Source: Candidatus Bathyarchaeia archaeon (lineage in GTDB: Archaea > Thermoproteota > Bathyarchaeia > Bathyarchaeales > Bathycorpusculaceae). Taken from it: 64,000 nucleotides of DNA. Where the stretch lies: contig JBEKWR010000003.1 in NCBI GenBank assembly GCA_049512935.1, positions 64,001-128,000 on the forward strand, written 5' to 3'. How positions within the stretch are numbered: the first letter of the stretch is position 1; each line of letters starts with the position of its first letter. The translations under genes were made by a program, and so were the position numbers. Below, piece after piece: positions 46,250-55,430 of the stretch. Below the pieces are notes generated by a model. It had not been told where the DNA came from, did no database searches, and was given only the letters and a program-made list of their open reading frames with translations.

Positions 46250-47687
46250 AGAAGAAAAAGACAGCAAGCAAATCGTAATCAGCCCCATCACCAGAATAGA
46301 GGGGCACGCTCAAGTATCCATCTGCCTAAACAACGATGATTCCGTCAAAGAAGCAAGGTTCCAGGTTGTTGACTTCAGAGGCTTCGAAAAATTCACTGAA
46401 GGGCGACCTTTCTACGAGATGCCCAGCATAACGTCCCGAGCCTGCGGAATCTGCCCAGTGAGCCACCTGCTTGCTTCTGCCAAAGCTTGCGACGCCATCG
46501 TCGGAGTTAGCCCGCCACCCGCCGCCATAAAACTGCGCCGCTTAATGCACATGGGACAGATGATTCAGTCGCACGCATTGAACTTCTATTATCTCTCTGC
46601 GCCTGACCTGATGCTTGGCTTCGACTCTGACCCAGCGGCAAGAAACGTTTTCGGGCTTATAGAGAAGGATCCGAAGCTGGCGTTGCAGGGTGTTAAGCTT
46701 CGAAAGTTCGGTCAAGAAATAATCGAGAAGATCGCTGGCAAGCGGGTACATTCAAGCGAGTGGATTCTTCCAGGCGGAGCCAAATGGCCTCTGAGCAGGG
46801 AAAAAGCGGATTATTTGAAGTGTAATTTGCCTGAGGCGCTTGACGGTGCGGAAAAGACGCTTGCACTCTACAAGGAGTGGCTGAAGAACTTTGATGAGGA
46901 AGTGGAGAACTTCGGGAATTTCCCAAGCTACTACATGGGTCTGGTAACTCCGACGGGTGGGCTTGAACACTACGACGGCACGTTGACCATTATGGACAAG
47001 GACGGCAAAGTCGTTGCGCAGTGCGTTGACCCGACAACTTACAGCGACTTCATAGGTGAAGCTGTTGAACCCTACTCGTTCATGAAGTTCCCGTACTTCA
47101 AAGCGGTCGGGTACCCAGACGGTTTCTATCGTGTCGGACCCTTAGCGCGAATGAACGTTGCGTCACACTGCGGCACGCCTCTTGCAGACTTGGAGCTTAA
47201 GGAGTTCAAGAAGTTGGGCAGGAACGGCGTTGTCCAAAGCACCTTCCATTACCACTACGCGCGGCTGATTGAGTTGCTGTTCTGCGTTGAAAAGGCGAAG
47301 GAGCTGCTGGAAGACCCAGAGATTCTCTCCGAGCACGTTACGTCGAAGGCTTTGGTGAACCATTACGAGGGCGTCGGCGTGGCTGAGGCGCCAAGAGGCA
47401 CCCTTATTCATCATTACAAGGTCGACAAGGAAGGCATGATAACTTGGAACAACATGATCATCGCGACGGAGCACAACAACATCGCCTACAACAGGGCGGT
47501 AACTCAGGTTGCAAAGAAGTACGTGAAGGCGAAGACGCTTGAGGAAGGCATGCTTAACCGCGTTGAAGCCGTAATCCGCGCTTTCGACCCGTGCCTGAGC
47601 TGCGCGACCCACGCGGTCGGTCAGATGCCGCTGGACATAAAACTGTTCGACGCCGACGGCAAGCTGGTTGACCGCAAGGTCAGGTAA
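46242..47687 (+). CDS. hoxH: group 3d hydrogenase large subunit
   Basis: [29 protein letters not shown] plus C-terminal extension. Confidence 0.92.
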   Translation: MVKEEKDSKQIVISPITRIEGHAQVSICLNNDDSVKEARFQVVDFRGFEKFTEGRPFYEMPSITSRACGICPVSHLLASAKACDAIVGVSPPPAAIKLRRLMHMGQMIQSHALNFYYLSAPDLMLGFDSDPAARNVFGLIEKDPKLALQGVKLRKFGQEIIEKIAGKRVHSSEWILPGGAKWPLSREKADYLKCNLPEALDGAEKTLALYKEWLKNFDEEVENFGNFPSYYMGLVTPTGGLEHYDGTLTIMDKDGKVVAQCVDPTTYSDFIGEAVEPYSFMKFPYFKAVGYPDGFYRVGPLARMNVASHCGTPLADLELKEFKKLGRNGVVQSTFHYHYARLIELLFCVEKAKELLEDPEILSEHVTSKALVNHYEGVGVAEAPRGTLIHHYKVDKEGMITWNNMIIATEHNNIAYNRAVTQVAKKYVKAKTLEEGMLNRVEAVIRAFDPCLSCATHAVGQMPLDIKLFDADGKLVDRKVR

Positions 47688-47875
47688 GCCGCTCTCCTTT
47701 TCCTCTTTCTTTTCAACCATTTTTACAATGGGTTTTTGTTGTAAATAGTAGACCCCCTCCCCTCTGTCAGCTTGATTTGACGGGGCTTGCTTCTTGTTGG
47801 TTTTTTGGTTCTGACTAAAATCCATGCAGAATCAACTGCCGCGAAACGCATGAAAGGGAGGTTTTTTCGGCTTGA

Positions 47876-47895
47876 GTTTTGGAATATTCCAAAAC
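47876..47895. repeat. perfect 20-bp palindrome
   Basis: GTTTTGGAATATTCCAAAAC in intergenic DNA. Confidence 0.8.
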
Positions 47896-48020
47896 ATTTT
47901 TTTGGAAATACAGCAATCCCGATTTTCGGATAGCAATCTCTGCTGCACAACACCTCAAGCGGCTCATGCGTCTCGCATCAAAGCTTTTAAGCCCACAACT
48001 CACAGTAGCATGCGGTACCT

Positions 48021-48608
48021 ATGGGATTCCTAAAGAAGCTGGAAGAGCATTTAGTCGCTCCAAAAGCAGACGTCAACCTGCAACTCACCGACCAATACGC
48101 CGTCTTGGGCGACAATTTGGAAGGAATGTTCACGGTTACGCCGCACGAAGACATAGAGGCAGATGAAATCCGCTGCGAAATCAAATGCACGGAAACCGCG
48201 CAGGTCACGCGAACCGAGTATGACCCTGCGCTCAAGATGGTGGTTAAGCGGCAAGTAACCGAAAATCGGGTTCTCTACCAAGCAAAACCCCCATGCAACC
48301 CAGCCACCCATCTAGCTAACGGCGTCAGCAACGCCTTTAGGTTCAGCGTAGGCATCCCCGCTGGTGCACGCCCAACCTTCATGTCCGCAGGCGACACGGT
48401 TCAGTGGGAAATCAAAGGAGTCGTCGCCGTCCACGGAAGACCCGACGTAACCACCAAAGAGATTCAGTTCCAAGTCATACCGCAAAACGAAAAACCAGCA
48501 AACGAACCGCCAGAAGCACGGCTTGTCGCATGCCAATACTGCCAAACGGAAATGCCTGAAACCACGCTTACCTGCCCAAACTGCGGAGCAAGAAGAACCG
48601 CCCAATAA
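48021..48608 (+). CDS. arrestin/SpoOM-like beta-sandwich protein with C-terminal zinc ribbon
   Basis: LGD.LEG, F.V.IP...PT, WEIKGVV...GRPD; CQYC...CPNC. Confidence 0.7.
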   Translation: MGFLKKLEEHLVAPKADVNLQLTDQYAVLGDNLEGMFTVTPHEDIEADEIRCEIKCTETAQVTRTEYDPALKMVVKRQVTENRVLYQAKPPCNPATHLANGVSNAFRFSVGIPAGARPTFMSAGDTVQWEIKGVVAVHGRPDVTTKEIQFQVIPQNEKPANEPPEARLVACQYCQTEMPETTLTCPNCGARRTAQ

Positions 48609-48631
48609 ACCATAATTTCCCATATTTCCCG

Positions 48632-48860
48632 ATGCCAAGAGGAGCCATCATAAAGAATTCTGAATGCACAATCCACATCATGTTCAAAGGCAGATGGACA
48701 CAGAAGTTCCGAAGGGAAGCGGATGGCTGAAAAGAATACAGCCAGAACGGCACAGTTCGCCCATGCACCGCGGAACAGTTCATCTCCCCATATCCTTCCT
48801 CCCTTGGCTGGAATTTAAGGACCAGACGTCACGGTCAAAGCCGCGCACGATTCAAAAACC
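48632..48860 (+). pseudogene. decayed small hypothetical gene
   Basis: MPRGAII...FRREADG*KEYSQNGTVRPCTAEQFIS/HILPPLAGI*GPDVTVK; two stops and one frameshift. Confidence 0.35.
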
Positions 48861-49113
48861 AAGTCGTAGATATGTGGTGCGACCTATATAACGAGAAAAA
48901 ATTACTTCAAAACGTCCCCTTTTCTTTCTGAGCGATTGTGTTTACGTTGCAGAAGATTGTTTCAAACCCGCTCTTTTTGTTGTAATGTCTCCATTCTCCA
49001 CGCTTCTATTTTTGCCCTGTTGACCTTTCTTAGGAATTTTTTAATCAGTACGTATTTTGCGTTAAACCCCAAATTATTTATAGGTGTTACAAAGCGTTAT
49101 AACATGGAGAACC

Positions 49114-49551
49114 ATGTCTGTAAACATGACGTGTAAAGATTTCATTTTGGCAACTGTTCTCAATTCTGGAGGCACTTTTGAATCAGCCACAAAATTGCAG
49201 AAATTAGCTTTTCTTTCAATCTATGAAAATGGAATGGAATGTTTCGCTGAATTCCATTGGCATTATTACGGGCCATTCTCCAGAGAGTTGGAAGATGCAA
49301 TAGAAGACTTGAAGCGAGAAGAATTGTTGGTTGAGCAATCATTAAACCGAACCAGTTACTCTGGAAACGAGTACACAGTAAAAAAGCTCAGTCTTACACC
49401 TAGGGGAAAGGCCGTTGCCAGTATTATAATAACTGAAATGAGCGCAAAAAACAAGGCAGCTCTAGATGATACGATGGATGAATATGGCAGTAAGCCCTTA
49501 AGCAAGATACTTGAGTATGTATACAATGCATATAATCCAGAAGATCTGTAG
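49114..49551 (+). CDS. Panacea/DUF4065-like winged-helix antitoxin
   Basis: TKLQKLAFL, F.W.YYGPFSREL, LTPRG. Confidence 0.78.
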   Translation: MSVNMTCKDFILATVLNSGGTFESATKLQKLAFLSIYENGMECFAEFHWHYYGPFSRELEDAIEDLKREELLVEQSLNRTSYSGNEYTVKKLSLTPRGKAVASIIITEMSAKNKAALDDTMDEYGSKPLSKILEYVYNAYNPEDL

Positions 49552-49563
49552 GCGGGGATTTTT

Positions 49564-50130
49564 GTGCAACTAATTGAACTGCAGGGTTTGCTTCAAGACT
49601 ACTCCTTGCATTACTTTGTCAGCACGTCCAGGGTCCTTGAGGTAGACGAGAAGCGACTAATTTGCGACACTGAAAAATCATTGACCTCTGAAGTAAGAAA
49701 TTATTTGTCGAATTTGACTGACTTAATAACCCATACACATGAATTTGTCAGCGAGAATGCTCTAAGTGTGCGTTCTTACCTATCAAGACTAATAGGAACT
49801 GCTGAATCGCTAAAAACATTGGTGCAACAATGCGAAGATACGTCAAATGTTTTTGAAAGTGAGCTAAAATGGGTTAAAGCCTTGGCTGTTCGAGGAATGA
49901 TTACGATATTGAATAATATCGTTCAAGAACTATCAATTGTAAGAAACCAATTAAAGAATTCGCGACTTGTGAGGAAAGCCAGAGATAAGGTTTGCATGAT
50001 TATCTGGGAAAAAATCCCACAAATATTTAACATTTTATCCATAATGATTGGAATCGAGATGGGCCAGTCTTCGCCATCTGAGATCGTTGATGCGATAGGC
50101 AATGGTCTTGTTATTTCCGAGATAACTTAG
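49564..50130 (+). CDS. hypothetical alpha-helical protein
   Basis: 188-aa AT-rich ORF between antitoxin-like and PIN-like genes. Confidence 0.7.
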   Translation: MQLIELQGLLQDYSLHYFVSTSRVLEVDEKRLICDTEKSLTSEVRNYLSNLTDLITHTHEFVSENALSVRSYLSRLIGTAESLKTLVQQCEDTSNVFESELKWVKALAVRGMITILNNIVQELSIVRNQLKNSRLVRKARDKVCMIIWEKIPQIFNILSIMIGIEMGQSSPSEIVDAIGNGLVISEIT

Positions 50131-50140
50131 AGGCAAATAG

Positions 50141-50929
50141 ATGACCAATGAGCTGAAATTCGTTCCTGACTCCCAAATTATCTATCCTAGCATTTTCTTG
50201 GCTTCAAGTACGAAAATCAGCTTCCGTGCTTGTCAATATAGGGATTGCTTTAATATTTTAAAAGAGCATTACAACTATGTAATTTTACCCGCAAGCAAAA
50301 GTGATTTCAGCACCCTTATCCTAAAGAAATTTCGCAGATTTCTTGAAATTGTCGAAAATGAAATCTCAAAAGCTAGACAAAATAAGTCTACGGAAATAGA
50401 GTTTTACAAAAAGACCTACGGCCTGTTGAAAAGTTTAGATGCTTTCGGTAAAAGTTTAGGCGATTTGCTTCTATTCTGGGATGCTAACAAAGAAATCTTT
50501 TGGTCATTCGTTTCTTTAGATTACGTTCTAACGCAAACCAGAATGACAAACATGACGCTTGAAAAAATGGCCGAGTTTTCCAAAATATGTAGAGGTCATG
50601 AGGAACAGTTCAGCGAAGAAGAGGCAAGCTTGAGTCAAGGTCTTTACCTTGTAATAAAAGAAGCCAGAGATAAAAAGTTAGTAACTAGCTTTGCCAATGA
50701 CGCCGACTTGTTGATTCTTGCGGACTGTTTTGTTTACAAAAATATGCGATTCTTTGAAGGCTTCATGTATTTGGTTACAGGGGATGATGGCTTACACAGA
50801 ATTGCTGAAGAAATTGTGAAAAAGCCAAAAACCATTTTCCCCGATGATTTTACGGATACAGACAGATACGTGGGCTTTGAGCCATTAAAACCTGATTTAT
50901 TCCTTACTCGATTCAAAAAGCCGAAATAG
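50141..50929 (+). CDS. divergent PIN-domain-like protein
   Basis: FVPDSQII, NDADLLILAD, YLVTGDDGL acidic motifs in PIN order. Confidence 0.62.
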   Translation: MTNELKFVPDSQIIYPSIFLASSTKISFRACQYRDCFNILKEHYNYVILPASKSDFSTLILKKFRRFLEIVENEISKARQNKSTEIEFYKKTYGLLKSLDAFGKSLGDLLLFWDANKEIFWSFVSLDYVLTQTRMTNMTLEKMAEFSKICRGHEEQFSEEEASLSQGLYLVIKEARDKKLVTSFANDADLLILADCFVYKNMRFFEGFMYLVTGDDGLHRIAEEIVKKPKTIFPDDFTDTDRYVGFEPLKPDLFLTRFKKPK

Positions 50930-50993
50930 CTGTTTATGTCTGTTGGTTAGACACAAACTGAGTTTTTTGTTCAACATCCCCCTACTTATGGGA

Positions 50994-52289
50994 TTACGAC
51001 GTTTCTTGACGCAGTGTTTCTCTACGGCTCTGTGTCACAGCAATGGCAATAGAAAGCACAGCGAGGAACGGGGGCAGGATTACTAGCACTGGAAACTCTG
51101 GAACAAGAGTTGAAGTTGCCTGATTTGTCTCATTCGTTGTGGCGTACATTAAGACGGCGGTGTAGCGTGCGCCCGAGGCTGTGCGGTAGCTGATGTGTGG
51201 GTTGCCGCTGGCGTCTAATGCTAGCCAGCAGGGTCCATTGGCTGAAGTGTTTGAGCTTATGGTTTGAATGTTCCACGCGCTGCCTGAATAGGAGGCATAC
51301 ATGGGAACTCCGTCTGAATTGATGTAGCAGAAGTGGGGGTTACCATGCGAGTCTAAAACCAACTGGCCGACTGGATTGTCATCTCCTAAGCTGACCTTTG
51401 AAGCCACGGTCTGCGAAATCCAAACAGTACCGTTGAAACTGGCATAAAGTATTGTGCTAAGAGTGGTTGAGTTTTGGTAAGGCTGCGTGTAAATGAAGTG
51501 CGGATAGCCCTTAGAATCGACAACCACGTTTCCGAGATTAGCTGATGAGGGAGGCAACGGAATAGTTTGGGTATTCCAACTTGAGTTTTGGTATTTTGCA
51601 AGCTTGATAGCGCTGGAATTGGACGTTAAGCTATACATTATGTACGGCGTATTGTTTGAGCCCAACGCGAAAGAAAACGTTGAAAAACTGTCGTTCATGT
51701 TACTGTATATGGTTTGGGTAGTCCAGCTTGTCCCTGTCCAGCTTGCATAATCCAACGCGCTGCCTAACCAAGTTACACCATATTGCAATTCAACGCCAGT
51801 AGTGTAAGCGATGTGTGGATTGCCAGATGAATCCAATGCGAGCGCTGCAGAACCTGCGTAAGATATGCCCGTGTTTTGGATGTCCCAGCCATTTCCGTTC
51901 CAACTAGCAATCTTTAAAGGGTCAATTGGAGCCCCAAGAGGGCTTGTATTATACAATATATGTGGGTAACCGTTTGCATCGAAAACAAGACTGAAAACAA
52001 CGAAAACATAACCCGAGCCATCAACAGTTTGGTTGATCCAACCTGAACCGTTACTGCTTGTGTAAATCAAAGAATTTGTGCCAGAGGGAAAATCCATGTA
52101 GGCTATGTGGGTGACATTGTTTGAATCTACTGCAATGGGGCAACCGCCGCCAGCCCACGCATCTTCATCCAAAGTTTGAACGTTCCAAGCCTGTTCAGAC
52201 TTGGCTGAAACCGCCGATGGCAAAACGGCTAACGAAATCAGGAACGAGGCGATAAGAATTGAAGCGTAAGTTTTGCTTCTGTTGCTCAT
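50994..52289 (-). CDS. secreted beta-propeller surface protein with PEF-CTERM-like anchor
   Basis: Signal peptide; repeats LALDSSGNPHI.Y...YASW.G.SW; VPEFP-TM-RR tail. Confidence 0.85.
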   Translation of the reverse strand: MSNRSKTYASILIASFLISLAVLPSAVSAKSEQAWNVQTLDEDAWAGGGCPIAVDSNNVTHIAYMDFPSGTNSLIYTSSNGSGWINQTVDGSGYVFVVFSLVFDANGYPHILYNTSPLGAPIDPLKIASWNGNGWDIQNTGISYAGSAALALDSSGNPHIAYTTGVELQYGVTWLGSALDYASWTGTSWTTQTIYSNMNDSFSTFSFALGSNNTPYIMYSLTSNSSAIKLAKYQNSSWNTQTIPLPPSSANLGNVVVDSKGYPHFIYTQPYQNSTTLSTILYASFNGTVWISQTVASKVSLGDDNPVGQLVLDSHGNPHFCYINSDGVPMYASYSGSAWNIQTISSNTSANGPCWLALDASGNPHISYRTASGARYTAVLMYATTNETNQATSTLVPEFPVLVILPPFLAVLSIAIAVTQSRRETLRQETS

Positions 52290-52313
52290 GGCTTCTATTA
52301 GAAAGGTCTGTTG

Positions 52314-52368
52314 TTAAAAGGTTATTCGTTAAGGGTTCTTGACTGGTTTTAGTCAAGTTTTTTTGACT
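52314..52368 (-). promoter_or_regulatory. 55-bp conserved upstream cassette, copy A
   Basis: TTAAAAGGTTATTCGTTAAGGGTTC-TTGACT-N6-AGTCAA-N6-TTGACT. Confidence 0.85.
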
Positions 52369-52394
52369 TAACTCAAAGTCGCTCTACGAGAAAT

Positions 52395-53390
52395 TTACGT
52401 TCGGGTGCTTCTTTGCCGCATCATTGCAATGACTCCAGCCAACGCGCCGATAACAAATGCCATTATAGCGATGACGGCAATCACGGCGACGAGCCATCCT
52501 TGAACGTCGAGTCCGCTGCCCTTGGGTTGGGTGAGCGCTTGCGGCGCATTGGCTGTTGTTGTTGGAGTTGCGGTTGGGTTCTGTGTGGGGGTGGCTGTTG
52601 TGGTTTCGTTTTCGGGTGTGACTTGTGTTACTTGGCAGTTCGAGCAGTTGGTGTCGTTGTATGCTGGGGTCATCGTGATTTGCCAAGGGCAGCTTGTGCA
52701 GGAACTATCTGAGGAGAAGGCATCCGTGGGCAGTATAATGCTGACTTTCTGTGTTGCGCCATCTGCGGTTTGCTCGTGGAAGCTGAGCAGGATCGGGTAG
52801 GGCGGGTAATCCTCGTTGACCATAAGGAAGTACTGGCTGGGGTAGGGTGAACCCGAGTTCGGCGGCGGATCTTGGACGATGCCGTAGTGAATTGTGCAGT
52901 TGGGCAGTTGATACGTGAAGGTCCCGATGAAGTACGAGGCGACTTGGGGAGACGCGGTCGGACTGGGCGCCGGGGTGGAAGAGGGGAATCCGCCGTTTAG
53001 CCAGTGCATCGTGATCTGCGTGGGGAAGCCGGTGCATCCTATCGAGGTGGAGAATCCGTCGGTCGGCAAAGTCATGGTCATGTTCTGCACTGCGCCTGAT
53101 CTGTCTGCTTCGAGGAAACAGATCTGGATCGGCTGGGGCGGGTAGTCTTCGTAAACCACGATGTTGTAGGCGTATGGGTTAATGGCGTCGGCGTCGGGCG
53201 GAGGCATCTGTATAATCGTATAGTTTAACGCGTAGCCAGGCAGCGTGTAGGTGTAGACTGGGCCGACTTGGTTTGGCTCTATCGGAGGTGAATACGCCGA
53301 GGCAAAACTTGTCGCGAGAAGTGCGGTGGCAAAGAGCAGAAGGGCTGTGGCGGTTGCGGTTTTGATGTTTTTAGTCATGGCTACCAACAA
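52395..53390 (-). CDS. secreted surface protein with two tandem copies of an unrecognised domain
   Basis: Signal peptide, duplicated EDYPP...LPTD.FS....C...P.QITM domain, P/T linker, TM and basic tail. Confidence 0.82.
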   Translation of the reverse strand: MLVAMTKNIKTATATALLLFATALLATSFASAYSPPIEPNQVGPVYTYTLPGYALNYTIIQMPPPDADAINPYAYNIVVYEDYPPQPIQICFLEADRSGAVQNMTMTLPTDGFSTSIGCTGFPTQITMHWLNGGFPSSTPAPSPTASPQVASYFIGTFTYQLPNCTIHYGIVQDPPPNSGSPYPSQYFLMVNEDYPPYPILLSFHEQTADGATQKVSIILPTDAFSSDSSCTSCPWQITMTPAYNDTNCSNCQVTQVTPENETTTATPTQNPTATPTTTANAPQALTQPKGSGLDVQGWLVAVIAVIAIMAFVIGALAGVIAMMRQRSTRT

Positions 53391-53412
53391 TGCTGCATGG
53401 CGCTGGAACGCT

Positions 53413-53467
53413 ATAAAAACGTGTTCGTTAAGGTTTCTTGACCACTGTTAGTCAACATTTCTTGACT
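53413..53467 (-). promoter_or_regulatory. 55-bp conserved upstream cassette, copy B
   Basis: ATAAAAACGTGTTCGTTAAGGTTTC-TTGACC-N6-AGTCAA-N6-TTGACT. Confidence 0.85.
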
Positions 53468-53619
53468 GACTCTTTGAATGCAAAGAGTGGCATACACTTG
53501 CTAAGGAAAAGGACTGTTGCCTTCCATTGACTTAACTTATCGGTTTTTCGATGCCTAAGTATCGCGGCAGCAGAGATTACGCGCTAGCTGAGCTCCCAAG
53601 GGCGTCCAAGCTAATCACT

Positions 53620-55308
53620 CTACAACTCGGGGAGGCGGCTCTTTGCTCTTGTCGTCTTTGTTATTAATTTAAGCACAACTAAAAGTGTTGCCGCGGTGGC
53701 TACGCCACCAGCTACTCCATAGATTACTTCCAAAAGTGAACTTGACTGCGCAGATGTTCGGCTAGGTGAAATTGTTGGATTTGGCGATGAAGAGGTTTTA
53801 GTGAAGACAATGTCTATTTGATGCGTGCTGAAATGCGTTGAAAACCACACGTAGTAGTTGTCGCCATCTTGTGTGTACCCTTGGATTGAGGCTGGCTGAC
53901 CATCGATGTAGACTATTGGTGTGGTTCCGTTGAGAACTGCACTTATTGGGATAGTTATGTTACCGAAACCCATGGTCCCGCTTTCCCCAGTTACAGTAAA
54001 AGACACAGTTGTTGAGTTGTTAGGTTGGTTTGTTGTGATTGTTACATTGGATATTTGGGCGCTTGTTATGTTTCCGCTGATTGCAAGGTCGATTGTTGAG
54101 CCATTGTCTGTTGTGGCGGGCAAAGTTGTTGATGATATTGGCGGTGTTGATGAGGGTGTAGGTGAAGAAGCAGCCGCGCCCAGAGCATAAATGTTGTCAG
54201 AATCAGACCCTAAGTAAACTACCCCGTCAACAACAGCAGGAGACGAAATAACACCAAAATAAGTGGCATTCCAGAGTTGGTCACCGTTAGAGGCATCCAA
54301 AGCGTAAATTGAACCGCATTGACCGCCAACGTAGACTGCTCCGCCGGCGATAACAGGAGAAGCAGAAATATTGGCGGCAACAGTGCAATTCCAGATTTGC
54401 GAACCGCTGGAAGCATCCAAGGCATAAACGTGTCCTGACATTGACGCGATGTAAGCTATGCCGTTAAAAACAGCAGGAGAACCCTCAACGTCAGTGCCAA
54501 AAGAGTAACTCCAGATTTCAGCGCCGCTAGCAGCGTTCAAAGCATAAGCTATGCCTTGCTCAACTGAGCCTCCGTACACTCCGTAGACTACGCCGTTAAC
54601 CACAATAGGAGACGACCAAACATAGGCGCCGCCAGTAGAATAACTCCAAAGTTTTGCGCCATCGGCAGCATTCAAAGCATAAATGGCGCCGTCATCAAAT
54701 GAGCCTATATAGACAACATTAGCGACAACGGCAGGCGACGAAACAACGCCGCTGAGGGGGTAGCTCCAGAGCCTTGCACCGTTATTAGCATTCAAAGCAT
54801 AAAGGTTGCCGTCCTCGGAGCCCACGTAGACTACACCGTTAACAACAGCAGGAGACGAATAAACGGAGGCGCCGGTGGAGTAATTCCAAAGTTTAGCACC
54901 GTTAGCCGCATTTAAAGCATAAACGTTGTCATCAAATGAGCCAATGTAAACTACGCCATCAACAACAGCGGGCGATGACCGCACCACGCCGCCAGTGGTA
55001 TAGCTCCAAAGCACCACGCCGTTGGTCGCGTTTAAAGCGTAGACGTTGCCGTCATCCGCGCCTGTGTAAACCACGCCATTAACAACTGCAGGAGACGAAT
55101 CAAACTGATCGCTCTGATGGATGTCATTTTCACCGCCGTTGTAATCCCAAAGTATAGCGGGAGAAAGCGGCGGATTCCCTGTTCCAACGTTGCTGTGAGA
55201 AGGACCCGCGCCGTACATTGCCCAGTCTGCCTTTGCAAACGGGATCAAAATCAAGCTGAAAAGAAAAATAAAGCAGACAATTCCTGTCAAAACGCTTAAC
55301 CTGTTCAT
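53620..55308 (-). CDS. secreted PQQ-like beta-propeller repeat protein
   Basis: Signal peptide, about 8 SSPAVVNGVVY.GS.D.N.YALNA..G..LW repeats, THFSTH domain, C-terminal TM. Confidence 0.92.
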   Translation of the reverse strand: MNRLSVLTGIVCFIFLFSLILIPFAKADWAMYGAGPSHSNVGTGNPPLSPAILWDYNGGENDIHQSDQFDSSPAVVNGVVYTGADDGNVYALNATNGVVLWSYTTGGVVRSSPAVVDGVVYIGSFDDNVYALNAANGAKLWNYSTGASVYSSPAVVNGVVYVGSEDGNLYALNANNGARLWSYPLSGVVSSPAVVANVVYIGSFDDGAIYALNAADGAKLWSYSTGGAYVWSSPIVVNGVVYGVYGGSVEQGIAYALNAASGAEIWSYSFGTDVEGSPAVFNGIAYIASMSGHVYALDASSGSQIWNCTVAANISASPVIAGGAVYVGGQCGSIYALDASNGDQLWNATYFGVISSPAVVDGVVYLGSDSDNIYALGAAASSPTPSSTPPISSTTLPATTDNGSTIDLAISGNITSAQISNVTITTNQPNNSTTVSFTVTGESGTMGFGNITIPISAVLNGTTPIVYIDGQPASIQGYTQDGDNYYVWFSTHFSTHQIDIVFTKTSSSPNPTISPSRTSAQSSSLLEVIYGVAGGVATAATLLVVLKLITKTTRAKSRLPEL

Positions 55309-55375
55309 TTTAAATCCCTTCTTGCCTTCTTTTGCTCCGCTCTGAATCGCATGTATGCTGTTAAGATTGGTTTGG

Positions 55376-55430
55376 TTAAAAGGCTATCCGTAAAGGTTTC
55401 TTGACTGATTTTAGTCAACATTTCTTGACT
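55376..55430 (-). promoter_or_regulatory. 55-bp conserved upstream cassette, copy C
   Basis: TTAAAAGGCTATCCGTAAAGGTTTC-TTGACT-N6-AGTCAA-N6-TTGACT. Confidence 0.85.

Noticed and set aside
47688-47725. T-rich tract after hoxH
   Set aside because: Ordinary archaeal oligo-T terminator-like sequence
48664-48891. 75-aa ORF as a real gene
   Set aside because: The protein-like signal lies in other, broken frames
54190-55100. About 120-bp quasi-tandem DNA repeats
   Set aside because: Explained by PQQ-like propeller blade repeats in the protein
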